In this document: piece by piece, positions 58,042 to 64,000 of the stretch
Layout: each line of letters begins with the position of its first letter
How positions within the stretch are numbered: the first letter of the stretch is position 1
Virus record (IMG/VR): IMGVR_UViG_2519899680_000008
Location: 30,944-94,943 of that record
Origin: a virus
Taxonomy: Duplodnaviria; Caudoviricetes
Direction: 5' to 3' (one strand)
Length of the DNA: 64,000 nucleotides
Made by a program: the position numbers and the translations under genes
The notes under the pieces: generated by a model
Told to the model about the DNA's origin: nothing
The model's input: the letters and a program-made list of their open reading frames with translations, nothing else
Database searches by the model: none

Positions 58042-58713
58042 ATGGAAAGGATAAAACCGGATTTCTTCACGGAAAACTGTGAGGGGATCAAAATTATGAC
58101 ATTTGGGGAATTCACCCAGCACATCCTCCGCATGGAATGCGGGGAGAGTCTGAAAATGTACATTGCGGCGAATCGCCAGACGAGGGAATGCTCCCTGCCG
58201 CTCTCTGTCAAAAAGGAACTATGGGACAACACGCCTTTTTACCTGCTCGGCGGGTACGGGCGGGAAGTGCGTACCATCAATCTCGTGGACCGACCCGAAG
58301 AAGAATTCAAAACCACCTGCCATGATGCCCTGGACAGCTATGATGCCGTAGAATGTGTCGGGGTTGTCGTTTCAAGGCTCCGGACGTTGAGTCCCGGGGA
58401 GCTGCACGAACGGATTACACGGGAGATGGAGTCGGGTTATAAATACCTGTTTGTTTATCGCAACGAGGAGGAGATGACGGCCGCCCTTGACGGCAAGGTA
58501 TACGCCATCAGCGACACGAACGGCAAATTCCTCTGTGACCTGTACGAGCCGGACTACATCCGCCTGGAAGAGGACGGCGCTATCGTGGACACCGTGTCCA
58601 TTCCGGACATGCGCTTTCATTCCGATTGGGCAATCGCCAATCCCACGGTTCGCGACAAGGTGTTCTCCGCCCGGATGGTGATTATATACACCCACGAAAC
58701 GATAACGGTATGA
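58042..58713 (+). CDS. Hypothetical protein
   Basis: Start MERIKPDF after terminator. Confidence 0.65.
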   Translation: MERIKPDFFTENCEGIKIMTFGEFTQHILRMECGESLKMYIAANRQTRECSLPLSVKKELWDNTPFYLLGGYGREVRTINLVDRPEEEFKTTCHDALDSYDAVECVGVVVSRLRTLSPGELHERITREMESGYKYLFVYRNEEEMTAALDGKVYAISDTNGKFLCDLYEPDYIRLEEDGAIVDTVSIPDMRFHSDWAIANPTVRDKVFSARMVIIYTHETITV

Positions 58714-59051
58714 TAGAGATCGGCAAGAAAATAGAAACCCCGGAAGGCGTGTTTTACGAGCTGGAATACGGCGGGGAGGGAAACATCTACAAGAACGAGG
58801 ACGCCTTTCTCAACTGCCCGGACGAGGTCTGCTATGTCCCCGAATACGCCGCGGAAGGCCATGAAGACTGGCGGGTCCCGCACACGGGGGATTGTTACAC
58901 GCGCAACTCCCTGCTTGCCTTGTGCAAGGGTAACGAGGAGGTCTGTCAGGACCTGTTTTACAGCCTGGAATGGACCTATCCCGAAACCTTGCTGGACGAA
59001 TGGGACACAAAGGGCTGTTTCGATGAAATCGAAGGCTGGTATGACGATTAG
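58710..59051 (+). CDS. Hypothetical protein
   Basis: ATGA-coupled; 'VCYVPE...LEWTYPETL'. Confidence 0.7.
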   Translation: MIEIGKKIETPEGVFYELEYGGEGNIYKNEDAFLNCPDEVCYVPEYAAEGHEDWRVPHTGDCYTRNSLLALCKGNEEVCQDLFYSLEWTYPETLLDEWDTKGCFDEIEGWYDD

Positions 59052-59064
59052 ACAAAACGAAAGT

Positions 59065-59361
59065 ATGCAAAAATATAAAATAGCGCTGGCCGGGCCGGGT
59101 GGAAGCAAGGCCCCGAACTACATCCTGAGATTGAGGACGCACGTGAGAGCGTATTTCTCCCAGGCCTACGGCAAGGACGAGTTCGGGCACGTGCTACACT
59201 GCATCAGCTCGTTCATCGATGACTTTTCCTTCAAGGTACGCAATACCCGCTATCAGGGCGGCATCCTGAAAAGGACTATCCGGAATGACCGCCTGGAAGT
59301 GTACAACCTGGGCGATGAGAAGGTGATACTGACCGTCTTCTTCACCCCGCTGGAAACATGA
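59065..59361 (+). CDS. Hypothetical protein
   Basis: MQKYKIAL... Confidence 0.6.
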   Translation: MQKYKIALAGPGGSKAPNYILRLRTHVRAYFSQAYGKDEFGHVLHCISSFIDDFSFKVRNTRYQGGILKRTIRNDRLEVYNLGDEKVILTVFFTPLET

Positions 59362-59474
59362 AACCAGGAATATGACAAATATGGACAAGAAAACAAGAAC
59401 GGAGCCGGGCAAAGACACGGCCATGCCCCGGACATGAACTGACGAATGAGGAATAACCATAAAACTAAATATCA

Positions 59475-59990
59475 ATGGACAGTATCAAAGATTTACAAGC
59501 CGCCATCCGCGACATCCTCGTGAACAACGGCCTCACGGAACTCTCTTTCGGGGAGCCCGACGGGCTGAACGATCCCACTTACATAATCTGGTACGACAGG
59601 CATTGCGAACCTAACGACGACCCCGTGTCGAGGGTTCTTCTTGAAGACACGGGGATTGCCGTTGAAGTCGAAGCACGTGGCTTCGGGAACACGGTAACCG
59701 TCTACGATTACGACATCGACCGCCGGGAATGGTGGGAAGGCATACGTGACAATCTGTTGGAAGTGCTCGGACGGGACGGCAGACGCCGCTGTCCGGTTTG
59801 CGGCAAGCCGCTCAAGGGGAACCGGCAGTATTGCAGCGATTGCCGAAAACTCGCGACGCCTAAACCGACGGTGGAACAGGTCGTGAAAAAAGCGAACCGG
59901 AACATCCGCCGCCTGGCAAGCCTGGCGGCCGAGAAAGACAAGGCATATGGAAAGCAACTGGTAAAAGAATATTCTATCGGTCAAATGTAG
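59475..59990 (+). CDS. Hypothetical protein with zinc finger
   Basis: CPVCGK...YCSDC. Confidence 0.7.
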   Translation: MDSIKDLQAAIRDILVNNGLTELSFGEPDGLNDPTYIIWYDRHCEPNDDPVSRVLLEDTGIAVEVEARGFGNTVTVYDYDIDRREWWEGIRDNLLEVLGRDGRRRCPVCGKPLKGNRQYCSDCRKLATPKPTVEQVVKKANRNIRRLASLAAEKDKAYGKQLVKEYSIGQM

Positions 59991-60018
59991 ACCGGTCTGT
60001 TAAATAACAAGAAGCAAC

Positions 60019-60233
60019 TATGGCAACCGTCCCGAACCCCATCCACGATATTTATCTCACGGGGGAGAACTATGTCTATGGCGACCTTGTCCTCAATGCC
60101 GGGGGCATGATCCTCTCAAGCGGGGCCTGAGCTACGCCCGCCAGCGGGAACACGCCCTGTACCCCTGCGGAAAACTCATGCAGTATCTCCGAAAGACTTT
60201 GAAAGAGCGTCAAGAAGAGAGATTGTACAAATA
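60019..60233 (+). pseudogene. Small gene frameshifted at a G-run (~60100)
   Basis: MATVPNPIHDIYL... continues in another frame as HDPLKRGLSYARQREHALY...LYK*. Confidence 0.4.
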
Positions 60234-60316
60234 AATACAAAACCGAGAAACTTATGAGTAAGGGACTTACCATCGTCAACGAAAATATTCCCGTGGAATT
60301 GTTAAAATAACATGCC

Positions 60317-60658
60317 ATGCCATACAGAAGTACAGGGATAATCATCAGCGGGACACGATATGACCGCAGGCAGAAACTGACACCTGAACAGCGGGTGGAG
60401 ATTTTCCACCGCTATCACACGGAGAAGCTCAGCCAGCGCCAACTGGCACGCGAATACGGTGTCAGCCGCCGTCTCGTGACCTTTATCGTGAATCCCGAGA
60501 ATGAAAAACGTAACAGGAAGCTGTTGAACGAACGCAAGGCGAAAGGGCTGTACAAGCCCGACCGGAAAAAACACGCGGAGATTATCCGTGAACACCGGCG
60601 CTACAAGCAGAAGTTGTATAAAGAAGGTAAAATTCAATTAAAGACTGACAGAAAATGA
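60317..60658 (+). CDS. HTH DNA-binding protein
   Basis: 'KLTPEQRVEI...LSQRQLAREYGVSRRLV'. Confidence 0.8.
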   Translation: MPYRSTGIIISGTRYDRRQKLTPEQRVEIFHRYHTEKLSQRQLAREYGVSRRLVTFIVNPENEKRNRKLLNERKAKGLYKPDRKKHAEIIREHRRYKQKLYKEGKIQLKTDRK

Positions 60659-60752
60659 GATTACAGGAAAAACTTAAAAGAACTGGAACAGGGGATTATT
60701 GCCAATCTCTATGCAATACCCAAAGTGCCGGAAGGCTTGCTGCCCCATTGGC

Positions 60753-61064
60753 ATGTTTACACGAGAGGACCTTTGCACGGAAACCTTCGAGACGATGACC
60801 GTCAAGGACATTCCCGTGCTATTTACTGATGACAGAATTGACCGCAATGCCGTACCGGACGGGTTGTTCGCCCACGACATCTGCGAATCGGATGACGGCG
60901 ACCGGCTGGCCACCGTCGGGCCCGTCGTCGTGGTAAACCACGGCGGAACCATTCTCTCCCGCGAGGAGTTCCGTATGGAAGACTGGGACGGTGTGGAAAT
61001 CGAGGACTACAATTTCAAGGGGAACTCGATGCCCCTGAAAAAATGGATTGGAAAGAACACTTAA
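60753..61064 (+). CDS. LPD28-like domain protein
   Basis: 'LFTDDRIDRNAVPDGLFAHDI...VVVNHGGTILS'. Confidence 0.7.
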   Translation: MFTREDLCTETFETMTVKDIPVLFTDDRIDRNAVPDGLFAHDICESDDGDRLATVGPVVVVNHGGTILSREEFRMEDWDGVEIEDYNFKGNSMPLKKWIGKNT

Positions 61065-61071
61065 ATCTTAT

Positions 61072-61485
61072 ATGGTTATGGACATTCAACAACTGACAGA
61101 AAATTACCGGAAGCGCTTTGACGCCTTCTACGGGCAGGATACCACGAAAAATCCCAGCCGGAAGAAAAAGAAGACGCGCCCCGAACAGCCGAATTTCCTT
61201 ATCGAGGTCGTCCGCCCGGTACTGGACGCGCTGGTGGAACTTATGCCCGGGTACGGGTTTTCCAAGACCACGGACCAGTATACCATGTACGGGGACTACT
61301 ATCGTATCAAGGCCGGTATCGTCCTCATAGGCGGTTTCTCCGTGGACGAGGATTTCGGGCTGGTTTTCACGCCGCTGTTTCATGGAGCACCCCGCGGAAA
61401 GGGACAGAAGATAACCGATTCAAGGCAACTTGTCGAGGTGTTGCGCAAGGAGTTTGAGAAAAGGGAAATGAAGAAAAGAACGTAA
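61072..61485 (+). CDS. Hypothetical protein
   Basis: ORF in run. Confidence 0.65.
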   Translation: MVMDIQQLTENYRKRFDAFYGQDTTKNPSRKKKKTRPEQPNFLIEVVRPVLDALVELMPGYGFSKTTDQYTMYGDYYRIKAGIVLIGGFSVDEDFGLVFTPLFHGAPRGKGQKITDSRQLVEVLRKEFEKREMKKRT

Positions 61486-61505
61486 AATCAAAAGGATTTG
61501 AGAGC

Positions 61506-61736
61506 ATGAACAGTGAACGCAGAAAGGGGATTCAGGAAATCAGGGACTCGCTGGAGGATATCATCTCCCAAATTGAGGAACTGAAGGATGAGGAGCAGGA
61601 GGCCCTGGACAACATGCCCGAGGGGTTGCAACAGGGTGAACGCGGCGACAGGATGCAGGAAGCCATAGAGTCGATGGACAATGCCGTCTCCTCGATAGAG
61701 GAGGCCCGGCAGTACCTTGACGATGCAGCCCGGTAA
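61506..61736 (+). CDS. Small acidic helical protein
   Basis: 'EEQEALDNMPEGLQQGERG' motif. Confidence 0.75.
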   Translation: MNSERRKGIQEIRDSLEDIISQIEELKDEEQEALDNMPEGLQQGERGDRMQEAIESMDNAVSSIEEARQYLDDAAR

Positions 61737-61953
61737 AAAGCGGGGTGCACGTTTCAACATGCCGGTATCAAAAGAAAGAAAGGAGGTGAAAATGAAAGAT
61801 TAGTCCAGTCCATCGGAGGATTTATCCTGATTTATAGTATATTTGTCAGGAAACATGGGCTGTATATCGGGGTCAGGGTAAAATCTCCCGTAAAGAACAG
61901 GTTACAGACGCTTTTACGTTTGGTCAAGAAACGGCCGGTATTATTTGTATCGC

Positions 61954-62253
61954 ATGAAGAAAGATGACATTATCCGCAGGCATTACGGGAACATGAAAAT
62001 GAAGCACGGGGCAGACTCGCTGGTCTTTTTTCATGTGGGCGATTTCTACGAGGCGTATTTCGATGATGCCCGAACGGTATCCCTGGACACGGATGTAACG
62101 CTGTTCCGTGTAACAGCTGCGGGTATTCCTGCCGTCAGGATTCCCGTGGCTTTCATGGAAGAATATAGAAACCGGCTGCTGGATGCAGGATACAAGGTAT
62201 GCGTGTCCGAGGTCCGGGGTGCATCCGGTCGCCATATTCTGAAATCCTTATGA
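61954..62253 (+). CDS. Stand-alone MutS domain I-like protein
   Basis: 'LVFFHVGDFYEAYFDDA...LLDAGYKVCVSE'; TATATTTG at 61838-61845 upstream. Confidence 0.75.
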   Translation: MKKDDIIRRHYGNMKMKHGADSLVFFHVGDFYEAYFDDARTVSLDTDVTLFRVTAAGIPAVRIPVAFMEEYRNRLLDAGYKVCVSEVRGASGRHILKSL

Positions 62254-62906
62254 GAAATTCAAGAAACAAAGTGGACGAGTTCGTGTTTGTCCTTGCGGCC
62301 ATAGGCCCGTGGACGATACTGGTTGTTACGGTAGCCCTGATCGGGCTGTTCAAGACATGCATCCCGGACAGGACAGACCCGCTGGACCGCGACATCAGCC
62401 GGTCTTCCGAAATCATCGGGCACGTAATGGTGGTCGATGGGGACAATAACGGCTTCCGGGTCGTGTATGTCACGGCAGAGCCGGTCACGGAAAAGCGGTT
62501 CGAGGAAATATGTTCCAGGGAGAACGTCAGGAAGGGGTTCGACCGCCTGAAACGGGAGGCTCCGGTTCATTTCGGGGGAAGCCTGCTCGAAACGGACATC
62601 TGCGATTTCGCCCTGTACGCGTACAGGTTTCCTGTAGATGACGACATAAAGATCCACAATATCTTTGTCGCGGGAAAGGAGAAGATGGATTTCTATGTCC
62701 GGCCCAATCCTGACCTTCCGGGTTGCGCGACGTGGATGCACCACGGTACGGAACAGGGGAACCAGTACCTGAACTCGAATGACATAAATTACTATATACC
62801 CAACGGCGGACGGGTATACCGTTACTGGAAGTGCCGGTACTTGCTGCAAACCTCTGATACAGATGAGCGTTTCAGCCATTTCACAGAGGATGAAAGGCTG
62901 TACTGA
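62250..62906 (+). CDS. Membrane-anchored hypothetical protein
   Basis: N-terminal hydrophobic helix. Confidence 0.65.
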   Translation: MRNSRNKVDEFVFVLAAIGPWTILVVTVALIGLFKTCIPDRTDPLDRDISRSSEIIGHVMVVDGDNNGFRVVYVTAEPVTEKRFEEICSRENVRKGFDRLKREAPVHFGGSLLETDICDFALYAYRFPVDDDIKIHNIFVAGKEKMDFYVRPNPDLPGCATWMHHGTEQGNQYLNSNDINYYIPNGGRVYRYWKCRYLLQTSDTDERFSHFTEDERLY

Positions 62907-62964
62907 AGACGTGTCATACCTGTATATTTCAGTTATAATGTGCTGAAAATTAACGACTAAAAGC

Positions 62965-62996
62965 TTTGATGGTATGGGAAAATATCCCTAAATTTG
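62965..62996 (+). promoter_or_regulatory. Bacteroidetes sigma70 promoter TTTG-N20-TAAATTTG
   Basis: Both -33 and -7 elements with canonical spacing. Confidence 0.75.
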
Positions 62997-63071
62997 TCAT
63001 ATTCATAGCGTGATCCAGTATGGCAAGATTGTTAATTGAAAGAAATAGATTGAATATGACAATGATTTAGC

Positions 63072-63602
63072 ATGACATCAGAAAAGTCGCAAATCAAATT
63101 TGCGAAATCGGAACTGACAGGAGAACTGATAGGATTTGTCTCCCGCCATTCCAAGACACGTAAATTGATGGGAGTCAGGGAAGACTCGAGATTCGGTAAG
63201 CAGATTTGTGTCCTTTCGGAAGACCTGAAAGGGACAATCGAGCCAAACGTTCTCTACTCGGTGGAACTGAAACCGATGCACAAGGCGAACGGGTACGTGG
63301 TTGTCGCTGCCAGCCCCGTACTGTTTTCCGCCCAGGTTGAGACCGTAATATTGCCCAAGACGCTGTACCAGGTGACGGTGACATTCGGTAACAAGAAGGT
63401 GTTTTTTGACCCCAAGGACGGGAAAAGCGCCATGAGCCGTACCATTGACGGTGTCCTTTCCGTCCTGAAAGGGAGGAGGGACATCAAGGACAGGGAAGGT
63501 GTAATCGCCGATTACCTGAAACAGGCGAACTCCCTGGTACGCCGCATGGAATCCGACGGGTATATCTATACCGGTGACAGGTACATGAAAGGAAGCGTAT
63601 GA
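63072..63602 (+). CDS. Hypothetical protein
   Basis: 176-aa ORF after promoter. Confidence 0.7.
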   Translation: MTSEKSQIKFAKSELTGELIGFVSRHSKTRKLMGVREDSRFGKQICVLSEDLKGTIEPNVLYSVELKPMHKANGYVVVAASPVLFSAQVETVILPKTLYQVTVTFGNKKVFFDPKDGKSAMSRTIDGVLSVLKGRRDIKDREGVIADYLKQANSLVRRMESDGYIYTGDRYMKGSV

Positions 63603-64000
63603 GAAAATGTCCTGTGGCGGGAATTGCAACTGACGGTGCCCATTCTTCGAAGGAGAGATTGACTCGCTTCAGGGCGGTCGATCTCTCTTCGGGAAAGGAG
63701 CTGTTTGCGGAAACCGCGGGGAACTGGACCAACAATATCGGTGAGTTCCTCGGCATCGTTGCAGCAGTAAAATACCTTATGGAACACCCGGAATTCGTGC
63801 CGCGTGTCATCTACTCGGACAGTCTCACGGCCATAACATGGTTCAGACAAAGGAAAACCGCCTCGTCGCGCCGTTGTCCGGCCCTGCTGAAAGCGGAGGT
63901 GTTCCTGAAAGTCATGGCGGTAAAGATTGAAGATATCAGGGTTGTCCATTGGGACAACCGGCTGTGGGGTGAAATACCCGCAGATTTCAGAAACAAATAA
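63599..64000 (+). CDS. rnhA: Ribonuclease HI
   Basis: Catalytic set 'IATDGA', 'TNNIGEF', 'IYSDS', 'WGEIPADF'. Confidence 0.85.
   Translation: MRKCPVAGIATDGAHSSKERLTRFRAVDLSSGKELFAETAGNWTNNIGEFLGIVAAVKYLMEHPEFVPRVIYSDSLTAITWFRQRKTASSRRCPALLKAEVFLKVMAVKIEDIRVVHWDNRLWGEIPADFRNK

Larger units (their letters stand above)
1..64000. mobile_element. Part of a large myovirus-like Bacteroidales phage/prophage (ends not in window)
   Basis: Head-tail gene module at 1-22575, antirepressor-like genes, dense small accessory genes, no host housekeeping genes; Bacteroidetes-type TAnnTTTG promoters. Confidence 0.9.

Noticed and set aside
61779-61803. Strong SD-like AAGGAGGTGA with micro-ORF MKD*
   Set aside because: Three codons only, Bacteroidetes rarely use SD sites, and there is no supporting evidence

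Overview
A 64-kb piece of a large Bacteroidales-type tailed phage or prophage with a contractile tail. The host assignment rests on TAnnTTTG promoters and A-rich leaders mostly lacking Shine-Dalgarno sites. Positions 1-22.6 kb (minus strand) are a virion module: portal, gpF-like head protein, ClpP-type protease/scaffold, major capsid, sheath, tube, chaperone, tape measure, baseplate and tail-fibre-like genes. It is interrupted by an AAA ATPase and a Dam-like methylase, and five copies of a phage-specific bipartite promoter-like motif precede its gene blocks. Positions 22.8-29 kb hold antirepressor/KilA-N regulators and an AbiE type IV toxin-antitoxin pair. Positions 29-30.8 kb are non-coding: an AT-rich control region, a ~700-nt densely structured RNA candidate and a tRNA-like cloverleaf. 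Positions 30.8-64 kb (plus strand) are a long run of small accessory genes, including a tyrosine recombinase, a DarB-like methylase-helicase, LPD28, MutS-I-like and RNase H genes. The top finding is a stand-alone reverse transcriptase (39081-40340, YSDD). It is followed immediately by an ~830-nt non-coding array of five ~150-175-nt units. Each unit is a different long hairpin framed by conserved motifs (5' AWTTCAR; 3' ATC-N7-TAAAGYCAYGTGCCGG). This fits no group II intron, DGR, CRISPR or canonical retron layout I can recognise. Two -1 frameshift signals were also found (portal to gpF-like protein, and tail chaperone). All family calls come from motifs read by eye; no database searches were run.
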